A stretch of DNA of 64,000 nt from an uncultured bacterium (GCA_943788175.1 CALSPG010000001.1:1-64000); one strand, 5' to 3'; shown: positions 20,950 through 30,851, numbered from the stretch's first letter. The notes: generated by a model from the letters alone, not told the origin. A program made the numbers and translations.

Positions 20950-21957
20950 ATGAAAACACGAATTGGTATAAATGGTTTTGGTCGTATCGGAAGATCTGTC
21001 TTTAGAGTTTTAAACTCAAGAGATGATATTGAAATTGTAGCGATTAATGATATTTTTGATAAAGAAGCTTTAACCTACTTGCTAAAATACGATACCGTTA
21101 TGGGTCGTTTTCCTTCAAAAATTTCTCTTGATGGTGATATGCTACATGCTGGGAATCAAAATGTAAAACTTATCGCCGAAAGAGTGCCTTCTGAACTTCC
21201 CTGGGGTGAATTAGGTGTTGATATTGTAATCGAATCAACGGGTATTTTTAGAACAAAAGAACAATTAGAGCAACATTTAAATGCTGGTTGTAAAAAAGTT
21301 GTTTTGACTGTTCCAGCGAAGGATGAAATAGATTATACTGTAGTTTTAGGTGTCAATGATAAAGGTTTAAAACCAGAGCACAAAATAGTATCAAATGCTA
21401 GTTGTACTACTAACTGTCTGGCTCCTATGGCAAAGGTATTAAATGAAAATTTTGGTATCCATCTTGGTGTTATTAATACAATTCATGCATACACAAATGA
21501 TCAAAGGTTAGCCGACGTTCCTCACTCTGATTGGAGGAGGAGCCGTGCTGCAGCAGAAAATGTAATTCCTACAACCACAGGCGCTGCTAGAGCTGTTGGC
21601 GTTGTTTTACCTGAATTAAATGGGAAATTAGATGGAATCGCTATGCGTGTTCCTGTGCCGGATGGTTCTGTTGTTGATTTTAATGTTCAATTAGACACAA
21701 ATGTTACAGTTGATCAAATTAATGAAGCCGTAAGGGAAGCATCTATGAATGGTTCTCTTAAAGGAATCTTAGAATATTCTACTCTACCCGTTGTATCATC
21801 AGATATTATTGGTAATAGTCACTCTTCAATATTTGATGCACCGTTTACTAGAGTTATTGGCGGTAATTATGTCAAAACTCTAAACTGGTACGATAACGAA
21901 TGGGGTTATTCAAATAGAGTAGTCGATTTAGTCTCTCTGCTTGGAAGTATCGGTTAA
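20950..21957 (+). CDS. gap: Glyceraldehyde-3-phosphate dehydrogenase, type I
   Basis: GINGFGRIG, SNASCTTNCL, PTTTGAA and WYDNEWGYS. Confidence 0.96.
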   Translation: MKTRIGINGFGRIGRSVFRVLNSRDDIEIVAINDIFDKEALTYLLKYDTVMGRFPSKISLDGDMLHAGNQNVKLIAERVPSELPWGELGVDIVIESTGIFRTKEQLEQHLNAGCKKVVLTVPAKDEIDYTVVLGVNDKGLKPEHKIVSNASCTTNCLAPMAKVLNENFGIHLGVINTIHAYTNDQRLADVPHSDWRRSRAAAENVIPTTTGAARAVGVVLPELNGKLDGIAMRVPVPDGSVVDFNVQLDTNVTVDQINEAVREASMNGSLKGILEYSTLPVVSSDIIGNSHSSIFDAPFTRVIGGNYVKTLNWYDNEWGYSNRVVDLVSLLGSIG

Positions 21958-21963
21958 ATCCAT

Positions 21964-23367
21964 TTGATAAAAAATAAAACTAAAATTATTGCAACAGTAG
22001 GTCCCAGTTGTGCTGATTTAAAAGTTTTAAGTTCAATGATTGATAGTGGAGTTAATTGTTTTAGGGTCAATCTATCTCATGGTTCCCAAGAAGAAAAAAA
22101 ATCTTACTTCGATTTAATTAAGTCGTTATCCGATTCAAGTAATAAGACTAGGCCTGCTATTTTAGCTGATTTAGCTGGCCCGAAAGTAAGAGTTCGGAAT
22201 CTTAAACAGCCTATTGAATTAATTTCTGGACAGGTTGTGACGATTAGTAGCAGCGAAAAGAGTGATAGTGTAATTCCAATTTCTAAGGGATTAGTTTTTA
22301 AGGACTATGATTCGAATGCTAGAATAATGATTAATGATGGTAAAATTTCATTAGAAATCATTGAAAAAATTTCAAAATACTCATTCAAATGTAGAACAGT
22401 TATTCCTGGAAAAATAGAAAGTAAAAAAGGCGTTAATTTTTTAGGCGTATCAATTGATGTTCCTAGTTTGACACCTCAAGATGAAATTGATTTGTCTCTA
22501 GCTCTTGAAAATGGTGCTGATTGGATTGCCTTATCTTTTACTCGATCAAAAGAGGATTATGACTTGGTAAGAACAAAAATTAGCAATTTTGGTCATGATA
22601 CACCTGTAATGGCAAAAATTGAGAAGTGGGAAGCTGTCAAAAATCTAGATTCTATTGTACAAGCATTTGATGGTGTTATGGTAGCAAGGGGCGATTTAGG
22701 CGTTGAACTTCCACTCGAGCAAGTGCCCGTTATTCAAAAAAATATTATTAAAAAAGCAAAGCTTTATGGTAAACCAGTTGTAATCGCCACTCAAATGCTA
22801 GATTCAATGATTGATAATCTTGTTCCCACTCGCGCTGAGGTAAGTGATGTTGCAAACTCTATTCTTGATGGCGCAGATACACTAATGGTTACAGGTGAAA
22901 CAGCGATGGGAAATCATCCTATTGATGTCATAAATGTTTTATCAGATGTTATTAAAGAAACTGAGAAAACCGTAAAATATTATAGTCGAGCGATTGGTAA
23001 GGATACTGTCGATAGCACTGCTGGTGCTATTAGTCATGCCGCTTGTACAATTGCTAAAGATTTAGACATAAGATCGATTGTAACAATGACTCAAAGTGGC
23101 GGTACCGCCAGAATGGTTTCAAGTTTTAAACCATTAGCAAATATCTATGCAATGACAACGCTTAAAACTACCCTTCGTTCTTTATCCATTATATGGGGTG
23201 TTATTCCAGTTCTAATAGATAATTATAGCTCTTCTGATGAGATGCCAAAAATTGCAAAAAAGAATTTAATTGATTTAGGTGTAATAGATAAGAATGAAAA
23301 ATTTGTTATCACCGGTGGCGTTCCAGTAAATGTTCCTGGAACAACAAATTACATTTCCATTTTATAA
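21964..23367 (+). CDS. pyk: Pyruvate kinase
   Basis: TKIIATVGP, DLAGPK, AKIEK, MVARGDLGVE and ATQMLDSM. Confidence 0.96.
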   Translation: MIKNKTKIIATVGPSCADLKVLSSMIDSGVNCFRVNLSHGSQEEKKSYFDLIKSLSDSSNKTRPAILADLAGPKVRVRNLKQPIELISGQVVTISSSEKSDSVIPISKGLVFKDYDSNARIMINDGKISLEIIEKISKYSFKCRTVIPGKIESKKGVNFLGVSIDVPSLTPQDEIDLSLALENGADWIALSFTRSKEDYDLVRTKISNFGHDTPVMAKIEKWEAVKNLDSIVQAFDGVMVARGDLGVELPLEQVPVIQKNIIKKAKLYGKPVVIATQMLDSMIDNLVPTRAEVSDVANSILDGADTLMVTGETAMGNHPIDVINVLSDVIKETEKTVKYYSRAIGKDTVDSTAGAISHAACTIAKDLDIRSIVTMTQSGGTARMVSSFKPLANIYAMTTLKTTLRSLSIIWGVIPVLIDNYSSSDEMPKIAKKNLIDLGVIDKNEKFVITGGVPVNVPGTTNYISIL

Positions 23368-24612
23368 TACGACCCTTACATATATAAAAAGGGTGCCAAA
23401 CCCGATTAAGTAGAGTATTCCGCCTATCGCAAGATATTTTAACCAAGGTTGTGGTGTATTTTCCTCTTTAATATAAGATTTTGATACGAGTTTATAATTT
23501 GCAAAAGCAATAAGTGGAGCAATCATAAAAGATATTGTTGTGGCTAAATCAACGAGACTTTTTATACTAGAACCGAATTGAAATATGATTGCCATTGATC
23601 CTAAAATAATTGACCAGATTGTTACGTTGTAAAATGGAATAGTTTTATTGTTTTTAAATACTAGTCTAAAACATTCTTTTGCACTTCTTGAATAACCATC
23701 TAATACGGCTATGCATGTTCCAAACATTATGCTAAATCCTGATATAGATATTAGTAAATAACTCCATGATCCAATCGAATCAGTATATAAAGTAATGACT
23801 TGGTTTGCAAAAAGAGCGCTACTATCGGAAAAGTCATTATTTGTTTCAAACATTAAATATGCACCTAGTGTAAGAAAGCATATCGAAAGAAGAGCAGAGG
23901 AAATGTAACCTATATTAAATTCAAATAATGTTTGTGTAAGTGTTGGTTTAAAATTTGTTTGTTTTATGCGTTCTAATGTCCATAGGCTATTCCAAGAACT
24001 TAAATCTACAGCTGTGGGCATCCAGCCCATTAAAGCAATAATAAATAGAATATCTGTTTTTATAAAGTTTATTTTTGGAATGAGGTTTTGGCTTACTGGG
24101 CCTTTAAATAAGACTAATATGAAAGCAATGAGAGTCGATAATAATAAAACAGAACCGATAACTTTAATTAATGAATCTAAGATATTGTATTTCCCAATAG
24201 TAAGGATTAAACCACAAGTAAGAAATAATATTAAATGGTTCCAAAGCCCATAATGATCTGTTTGGAATAAATTTTGTAAAAAACCAGCGGTAACTGCTCC
24301 GACAGCGGAGGTAATAAAAAACATTGAGGTTAGCGTTATAATTAAATAAGACCACAATACCCATCTTCCAAGCAATTCGTATCCTTCAATGATGCTTTTA
24401 CCTGTAGAATTAGAATACCTAGATGCAAATTCAAAAAATGGATATTTAAATAAATTGGCAATTATAATAAAAATTAGTAAGCCAAAACCATAATTAGCAC
24501 CAGCTCTGGTAGATTGGACCAAATGCGAAACTCCAATCGCCGTAGAAGCAAATAATATTCCTGGGCCAAGAGTGTTTTTAAGCCATTCAAAATTACTTGA
24601 TCTATTTATCAA
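23362..24612 (-). CDS. NRAMP-like (APC superfamily) permease
   Basis: LGPGILFASTAIGVSHLVQSTRAGA, GWMPTAVD; many transmembrane segments. Confidence 0.75.
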   Translation of the reverse strand: MINRSSNFEWLKNTLGPGILFASTAIGVSHLVQSTRAGANYGFGLLIFIIIANLFKYPFFEFASRYSNSTGKSIIEGYELLGRWVLWSYLIITLTSMFFITSAVGAVTAGFLQNLFQTDHYGLWNHLILFLTCGLILTIGKYNILDSLIKVIGSVLLLSTLIAFILVLFKGPVSQNLIPKINFIKTDILFIIALMGWMPTAVDLSSWNSLWTLERIKQTNFKPTLTQTLFEFNIGYISSALLSICFLTLGAYLMFETNNDFSDSSALFANQVITLYTDSIGSWSYLLISISGFSIMFGTCIAVLDGYSRSAKECFRLVFKNNKTIPFYNVTIWSIILGSMAIIFQFGSSIKSLVDLATTISFMIAPLIAFANYKLVSKSYIKEENTPQPWLKYLAIGGILYLIGFGTLFIYVRVVL

Positions 24613-24800
24613 TATATTTTCTCCCTAATTGAAAAAGATTTTATCTAATTGTTTAATTATTATTAATAAATATATGGTAATTATTAGGTCTAAATTAATT
24701 AAATATAACTTATACTATTCTGTCAGTTCCATATACTGATTTTTTTGTATCATTTATGCTTAGTGTGCAATACATTGCTTGCTTAAAATAAGGAAAAATC

Positions 24801-25298
24801 ATGTCGAAAAGTAACATTGAAGTGAGAGTTGCAACATTACAAGATGCCGACCAAATAAGTTCAGTTCTCCTAGATTTTTATAATATGAAAAATATTGAAG
24901 AATCTAAAAACGCATTTTTATCTGAAATGAAAAAAGACTTTCATTATTTAGTTGCTAGTCTTGATGACTCTATAATTGGCATTGTAACCTGGTTGCCTCA
25001 CGGTCTACCAAAACACGGTTTATTTGAATTAGACCGTATTTGCATTTTATCTGAATCGAGAGGTCAGGGAGTTGGTAAATTATTAGTTGATGAATTAATA
25101 AAGCATGCAGACGCATGGTATAAGATGATGAAGTACGAAAAAAGAAAACTGTATATACTAACTCATGAGGATAATGTAGATGCTCATAGTTTTTATGAAA
25201 AAATAGGTTTTAGTCATGAAACGTCATTGAAAGATCATTATTATAAAAATCAAAATGAGCGTGTTTATTCAAAATTTTTTGAAATTGATGAGAATTAA
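24801..25298 (+). CDS. GNAT family acetyltransferase
   Basis: RGQGVGK motif A and FYEKIGF. Confidence 0.85.
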   Translation: MSKSNIEVRVATLQDADQISSVLLDFYNMKNIEESKNAFLSEMKKDFHYLVASLDDSIIGIVTWLPHGLPKHGLFELDRICILSESRGQGVGKLLVDELIKHADAWYKMMKYEKRKLYILTHEDNVDAHSFYEKIGFSHETSLKDHYYKNQNERVYSKFFEIDEN

Positions 25299-25300
25299 AA

Positions 25301-27145
25301 ATGTGTGGAATAGTTAGTTATATAGGGAATAAAGATCCTATACCAATTTTAATAAAGGGACTTAGAAGGCTTGAATATCGCGGATATGACTCTGCTGGTT
25401 TAGCCTTATTAGATGGTAAGATCTTAAAGAGTGTAAAAAAAGCTGGGAAAGTATCTGAATTATCAGATCAACTATCTGTTTCGCCACTCAAAGGAAATTG
25501 TGGAATTGCTCATACTAGGTGGGCAACGCACGGTGTTCCCAATGATATAAATGCACATCCTCATTTAGACAAGACCGGGAAAATAGCATTAGTTCATAAT
25601 GGAATAATTGAAAATTATGATTCAATAAAAAAGACATTAGAAAAAAGAGGTGTTGCTTTTTCTAGTGATACTGATTCAGAGGTTCTCGTTCAATTGATAT
25701 CTGAGATATATCACAATGATGAAGATCAATTAGATTTTAAAGATGCAGTAAAAGCTGCATTGCAAGAGGTTGTTGGTGCCTATGGAATTGTTGCTATGTG
25801 TTCCGATGAACCTGACTCACTTTTTGCAGCAAGAATGGGAAGCCCATTAGTTTTAGGTGTGGGTGAGAATGAGTTTTTATTTGCGAGTGATGCTTCGCCA
25901 ATTATTGAATACACAAGAAACGTAATCTATTTAGATGATGGTGAATTTGTTGAGGTAAAAAGTTCTGCCTATTCAATATCAAATATTTATACGGAAGAGA
26001 TTGTTTCAAAAACAATCACAAAGATAGATTTAACGATTGAAGAAATTGAGAAAGGTGAGTTTCCGCACTTTATGTTAAAAGAAATTCATGATCAAAAACA
26101 TTCTATAAGTGACACTCTTCGTGGTAGACTAAATTTAGAAGATGGAACCTCAATGTTAGGTGGTATTAATGATTATTTGCCAAATATTTTGGGAGCATCA
26201 AGAATATATATAACTGCTTGTGGAACTTCCTGGCATGCTGGTCTAATTGGTAAACATCTAATAGAAGAATATGCAAGAGTACCTGTACATGTAGAATATG
26301 CTTCAGAATTCAGATATCGTAATGCAATTATTGATGCAAATACTATTTTGATAGCCATTAGCCAATCTGGAGAAACTGCGGATACATTAGCTGCAATTAA
26401 AAAATCAAAAGAATTAGGTGCATTGACATTAGGAATATGCAATGTTGTTGGTAGTTCAATATCTAGAGAGACTGATGCGGGTATTTTTACTCATGCTGGG
26501 CCAGAAATAGGTGTAGCTTCTACAAAAGCCTTTACTGCGCAAGTTACAGTGCTAATTATGCTTGCGCTTAAAATAGGTAGGAAAAAAGGCGTATCCTTGC
26601 ATAGAGGAAAAGAATTAATAAGTTCATTAAAAAACATTGATATCAATGTTTCAAAAACATTAGAAACTATTAAATTAGTTAGACAAGTTGCAAAGGCAAC
26701 TCGCAAAGCAGATAATTATCTTTACTTAGGTAGAGGCGTTAATTTTCCGGTAGCATTAGAAGGTGCATTGAAATTAAAAGAAATATCTTATATACATGCT
26801 GAAGGTTATCCAGCTGCTGAGATGAAACATGGTCCAATTGCTTTAATTGATAAAGATATGCCAGTAGTTTTTCTTGCTCCTCAAGATGACACGTTTTTGA
26901 AAATTTTATCTAATATTGAAGAAGTAAAAGCTAGGGGTGGTATAATTATTACAGTAACAGATGAAGAGAATGATTCCTTGAACTCTTTATCAGACTATGT
27001 TTTAATTACACCAAAATCTCATCGCTATATTTTTCCAATAACGAGTTCTATTATATTACAAATGTTGGCTTATGAGTTAGCTCAATTTAGAGGCTGTGAA
27101 ATAGATCAGCCCAGAAATCTTGCGAAATCTGTAACAGTGGAATAG
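25301..27145 (+). CDS. glmS: Glutamine-fructose-6-phosphate aminotransferase
   Basis: MCGIV, LEYRGYDSAG, HTRWATHG, SQSGETAD and PRNLAKSVTVE*. Confidence 0.98.
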   Translation: MCGIVSYIGNKDPIPILIKGLRRLEYRGYDSAGLALLDGKILKSVKKAGKVSELSDQLSVSPLKGNCGIAHTRWATHGVPNDINAHPHLDKTGKIALVHNGIIENYDSIKKTLEKRGVAFSSDTDSEVLVQLISEIYHNDEDQLDFKDAVKAALQEVVGAYGIVAMCSDEPDSLFAARMGSPLVLGVGENEFLFASDASPIIEYTRNVIYLDDGEFVEVKSSAYSISNIYTEEIVSKTITKIDLTIEEIEKGEFPHFMLKEIHDQKHSISDTLRGRLNLEDGTSMLGGINDYLPNILGASRIYITACGTSWHAGLIGKHLIEEYARVPVHVEYASEFRYRNAIIDANTILIAISQSGETADTLAAIKKSKELGALTLGICNVVGSSISRETDAGIFTHAGPEIGVASTKAFTAQVTVLIMLALKIGRKKGVSLHRGKELISSLKNIDINVSKTLETIKLVRQVAKATRKADNYLYLGRGVNFPVALEGALKLKEISYIHAEGYPAAEMKHGPIALIDKDMPVVFLAPQDDTFLKILSNIEEVKARGGIIITVTDEENDSLNSLSDYVLITPKSHRYIFPITSSIILQMLAYELAQFRGCEIDQPRNLAKSVTVE

Positions 27146-27390
27146 CAGAAACAACCGGTTATCCTTACCCCTTAAAACTCATTGTAAGATTCTCATTTTC
27201 AGTTATTACCACTAAATTGTGGGATTCAAATTATAGTGAATATCAAGAGTATTTGTATAAACGTATTTGTCAATATAAAGAGGATTTTCTTACCCCTATC
27301 GGTTACAGAAAGATTTCTAAAATATTCAATGATGAGGGATTAAAAACCCCTCGAAATACAGAATTTGGTATTAGACCCATTCTGTGGTAG
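27142..27390 (+). pseudogene. Truncated recombinase-type HTH-like ORF
   Basis: LWDSNYSEYQEYLYKRI...IGYRKISKIFNDEGLKTPRNTEF; reads in the -1 frame through the glmS stop. Confidence 0.55.
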
Positions 27391-27466
27391 TGGTAATGTT
27401 GGAAAGGTATGTGATGTATTAGAACGAAACTTTGTTGGTTACGATTTGAATAACTATATAAGTTGA
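27365..27466 (+). pseudogene. C-terminal fragment of an N4/N6 DNA methyltransferase (beta-class, motif I)
   Basis: LVLDPFCGSG...LERNFVGYDL*. Confidence 0.7.
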
Positions 27467-27480
27467 AACATTTAATGTTT

Positions 27481-28473
27481 TTATTCAACTATCAAATTTT
27501 GATTGTTCACTACAAAATCAAAGGATAAATCTGATAAGCTATTTCCATTCACAGTGGCACCCCAAGGGCCATGACCTTTACCCTGTAATGGATAATAAAC
27601 AAAATCAATTTCATTTGTTTCCCATATAGTTTTTAAATCTTCAGCACTACTAAAAGGTACGGTGGTGTCTTCTGTTCCATGAGCTATAAACAATGATGGG
27701 TTATTTGAGTTAAACCTTTGGTATCCATAAACTAACTCCAGTATTTCTATAGATGCATTATTACCCCAAAAGTCTAAAATTGTTTGTACCTCATAGGTTT
27801 GAGAAAGATTAGTTGTTGATAAGGTACTATCTTCACTTAAACTTATTTCATCTTTATAGTCACCTAATTCTGATACACCGAGTCCTATAGAAGTAATTGC
27901 TCCTGCAGAACCACCACCAACAGTAATATAATCAGTATTAATGTGATAATTATCGGCATTAGCTATAATCCACCTTAAAGCAGCTTTGGCATCTCTGTGA
28001 GCAGGGTACATTGCATAAATTTGGTTGAGATTTGAAGGGGCACCACCAGAAGTGGCATTAATCCATTCTTGTGGAATCGTTCCCATTTGGTCTCTAAGTC
28101 TGTAGTCGATTGAAAATACAACAAAACCTCTTGATGCATAATAATTTGCCATATCCACAATGGCATCCTGTTGCTTGGAACCACCAACAAATGCACCGCC
28201 ATGAATTAACATTAGTAAAGGTCGATTTTGTGAATTATTTTCAGGAACATAAGAGTCCATATATAAAGGGAGTGCAGTTGTATTTGAACTGTTCCAATAA
28301 TCATGACTAAGTCCTTCAGCATAAATGATGTCTTCTGTTATATTAACATCATAGGTAGCATTCAACTTCACTGTTGGTGAAGAACTCTCATTTGTAACTA
28401 TGTTATCATCATCTTTTTCACATGAAATCAAAAAGACCATAATTAGTAAACTTGCAAAAATCTGTTTTATCAT
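27481..28473 (-). CDS. Alpha/beta hydrolase (HSL-like esterase) lipoprotein
   Basis: LISC lipobox, HGGAF, DYRL, GGSAG nucleophile elbow, HGTEDTTVP and GH. Confidence 0.88.
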   Translation of the reverse strand: MIKQIFASLLIMVFLISCEKDDDNIVTNESSSPTVKLNATYDVNITEDIIYAEGLSHDYWNSSNTTALPLYMDSYVPENNSQNRPLLMLIHGGAFVGGSKQQDAIVDMANYYASRGFVVFSIDYRLRDQMGTIPQEWINATSGGAPSNLNQIYAMYPAHRDAKAALRWIIANADNYHINTDYITVGGGSAGAITSIGLGVSELGDYKDEISLSEDSTLSTTNLSQTYEVQTILDFWGNNASIEILELVYGYQRFNSNNPSLFIAHGTEDTTVPFSSAEDLKTIWETNEIDFVYYPLQGKGHGPWGATVNGNSLSDLSFDFVVNNQNLIVE

Positions 28474-28651
28474 AATTTAATTTTTTAAATTTTCTTGTTA
28501 GACGCTTAAAATCATTTAAGGTTTAATTTAATTAACCCCAACCAAGAAACAATGGGATAAACCAAAACTCTCATCTTACATAAAACATATGAAATTAGAT
28601 GTGGGAAAGGATTAAGGGGTAAGGATAACCACCCCACAGAATTACCCCATC

Positions 28652-28663
28652 ACGGTTGAGTAG
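28652..28663 (+). repeat. Synonymous copy of glmS terminal codons (ACG GTT GAG TAG)
   Basis: Encodes TVE*; flanked by the ACCCCACA/TGTGGGGT inverted repeat (28631-28638 / 28668-28675). Confidence 0.7.
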
Positions 28664-28700
28664 ATAATGTGGGGTGAAGGGGTTGTCCAAAGGAATAATA

Positions 28701-29078
28701 TTAAAAACGTTTTTTAGAAATCAGTTTCCCTTTTTCATAAATTACTTCGGATATCTTGTTTCCATCATAATCCCATTCAGTACTTAAACCTTCTAGTTTC
28801 CCACGTTTGTAAGAAAATTCAAAACCCCTACTTCCATCTTCATACCACCCTCGATTTAATCCATGTTCTTTCCCATTTCTAAAATATAACTCAGATGACA
28901 TTACTCCATTAGAGTAATAGGTCTCTTTCTTTGTTTTAATTAACCCTCGAGATCCTTTTCTGTAATACTCTATGTAACGTATATAATCACCCGTAGAGTC
29001 TTTTTCAGTATGAATAATTTCTTGGGAATACATAACCGAACCAATTAATACTGATATAACAAATATATACTTTATCAT
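28701..29078 (-). CDS. Exported MORN-variant (YwqK-like) repeat protein
   Basis: YYSNG, NGKEHG..WYEDG and GKLEG..EWDYDG repeats; signal peptide; no Ala. Confidence 0.75.
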   Translation of the reverse strand: MIKYIFVISVLIGSVMYSQEIIHTEKDSTGDYIRYIEYYRKGSRGLIKTKKETYYSNGVMSSELYFRNGKEHGLNRGWYEDGSRGFEFSYKRGKLEGLSTEWDYDGNKISEVIYEKGKLISKKRF

Positions 29079-29212
29079 ATAAACTCCATTTCTAATCGTT
29101 AATACTACACAAAAGTATCCCCAAGAAATAAAGTAAAACTTGGGGTTTTATTTTTTATAAAGTTATTATTTGTAAATTAGGTGTGATATGAGAAAACCAA
29201 AATAGACATCAG

Positions 29213-29386
29213 ATGAATTATGTCACTCAATATGGTTGGGTATTCTGTGTTCTAATAACTATCCTTTTTTTGATAAAATTTATATTCAATATTACGGAAG
29301 GTGAATATGACTCTAAAAGTCTTTATGGAAATATAAGTTTAATTGGGCTTTCTTTAATTAGTTATTGGTCAAGAACTGATAAATGA
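29213..29386 (+). CDS. Small membrane protein (57 aa, no Ala)
   Basis: MNYVTQYGWVFCVLITILFLIKFIF...; two hydrophobic segments; below the ORF-track cutoff. Confidence 0.4.
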   Translation: MNYVTQYGWVFCVLITILFLIKFIFNITEGEYDSKSLYGNISLIGLSLISYWSRTDK

Positions 29387-29429
29387 ATCCCTTTATAATC
29401 ATATCTTTCCTTTTCAATTCCTTTAAGGT

Positions 29430-30851
29430 TGATTAAATGAAAAAACTCCTTCCATTATTATCTGTATTATTTTTGATTTACTGGAGTTGTGAAGATAAAA
29501 AAGAACCTCCGACTGAAGTAACCTTGTGGGGAGAAATTTATTCAGTGGAAGACACTGAACGTTTAGATTTTCATCGTAACGAACTTACAGGTCCAATCCC
29601 ATCAGAGATTTGGAATCTGACGAATTTAACATATTTAGATTTAAGTGAGAATCAATTCACCGGTTCTATCCCCTCAAAGATTGGTAATCTGACGAATCTG
29701 ACTGTTTTGGATTTAAGTCAGAATCAACTCACCGGTTCTATCCCCTCAAAGATTGGTAATCTGACGAATCTGACTGTTTTGGATTTAAGTCAGAATCAAC
29801 TCACCGGTTCTATCCCCTCAAAGATTGGTAATCTAACGAATCTGACTTATTTGTCATTAAGTGAAAATCTACTAACAGGTGAAATCCCATCAGAGATTTG
29901 GAATCTGACTAATCTGACTGAATTGAATTTATTCAATAATGACCTCACCGGTTCCATCTCTCCAGAGATAGGAAATCTGACCAATCTGACTTTATTGTTA
30001 TTAAGTGATAATCACCTCACTGGTTCTATCCCATCAGAGATTGGTAATCTAACGAATCTGACTGAACTGGGTATATACGGATCGGATATAGGGGTTAATC
30101 AATACCCAGGTTCTATTCCACCGGAAATAGGTAATTTGACCAACCTGACATATTTAAGTTTAGGTAATAAACAATTAACAGGTTCCATTCCACCAGAGAT
30201 AGGAAATCTGACGAATCTGACTTATTTGGATTTATATCGTAATGAACTCACAGGTTCTATTCCACCAGAGATAGGAAACCTGGTCAATCTAGAAAAGATA
30301 TTTTTACATCAAAATGAACTCACAGGTTCTATTCCATCAGAGATAGGTAATATGACCAATTTGATTAGTATCACTTCAGATAATAATCAACTATCAGGTT
30401 CTATTCCACCTGAGATAGGAAATCTGACGAAGCTGAGAGGATTGTATTTAAGTCGTAATGAACTCACCGGTTCCATACCACCTGAGATAGGAAACCTAGA
30501 CAGTTTGAGTCAATTTGATTTAAATAAAAATTACCTCACAGGTTCCATCCCACCAGAGATTGGTAATCTGACGAGACTTACTAATTTAGATTTCAGGGAT
30601 AATTACCTCACAGGTTCTATTCCATCAGAGTTAGGGGATTTGACCAATCTGTACAGATTGTATCTAGACTATAATCGACTGACAGGTTTAATACCAGAGA
30701 CAATATGTGATTTAAATATTAATTGGAGTAGTAGTTTCGCTGTTTCTCAAAACCAACTCTGTCCCCCATATCCATCTTGTATTGAAGATTATGTGGGGTA
30801 TCAGAGAACGAGTGGTTGTGATTAAATGAAAAAACTCCTTCCATTATTATC
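29430..30851 (+). repeat. 33-bp direct repeat TGATTAAATGAAAAAACTCCTTCCATTATTATC (29430-29462 / 30819-30851)
   Basis: Identical copies; the first contains the LRR gene start, the second its stop. Confidence 0.9.
29437..30825 (+). CDS. Leucine-rich-repeat lipoprotein (~15-16 plant-type 24-aa LRRs)
   Basis: WSC lipobox; LTGSIPPEIGNLTNLxxLxLxxN repeats; Cys-containing C-cap. Confidence 0.92.
   Translation: MKKLLPLLSVLFLIYWSCEDKKEPPTEVTLWGEIYSVEDTERLDFHRNELTGPIPSEIWNLTNLTYLDLSENQFTGSIPSKIGNLTNLTVLDLSQNQLTGSIPSKIGNLTNLTVLDLSQNQLTGSIPSKIGNLTNLTYLSLSENLLTGEIPSEIWNLTNLTELNLFNNDLTGSISPEIGNLTNLTLLLLSDNHLTGSIPSEIGNLTNLTELGIYGSDIGVNQYPGSIPPEIGNLTNLTYLSLGNKQLTGSIPPEIGNLTNLTYLDLYRNELTGSIPPEIGNLVNLEKIFLHQNELTGSIPSEIGNMTNLISITSDNNQLSGSIPPEIGNLTKLRGLYLSRNELTGSIPPEIGNLDSLSQFDLNKNYLTGSIPPEIGNLTRLTNLDFRDNYLTGSIPSELGDLTNLYRLYLDYNRLTGLIPETICDLNINWSSSFAVSQNQLCPPYPSCIEDYVGYQRTSGCD

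Larger units (their letters stand above)
27157..28630. repeat. Perfect 19-bp inverted repeat pair GGTTATCCTTACCCCTTAA (27157-27175 / 28612-28630)
   Basis: Exact reverse complements read directly from the sequence. Confidence 0.9.

Noticed and set aside
24613-25300. glmS ribozyme
   Set aside because: A GNAT gene ends 2 bp before glmS, and no ribozyme-like sequence was recognised upstream
29580-30700. CRISPR array or DGR suggested by the periodic repeats
   Set aside because: The 72-bp period is in-frame LRR coding sequence; no spacers, cas genes or reverse transcriptase
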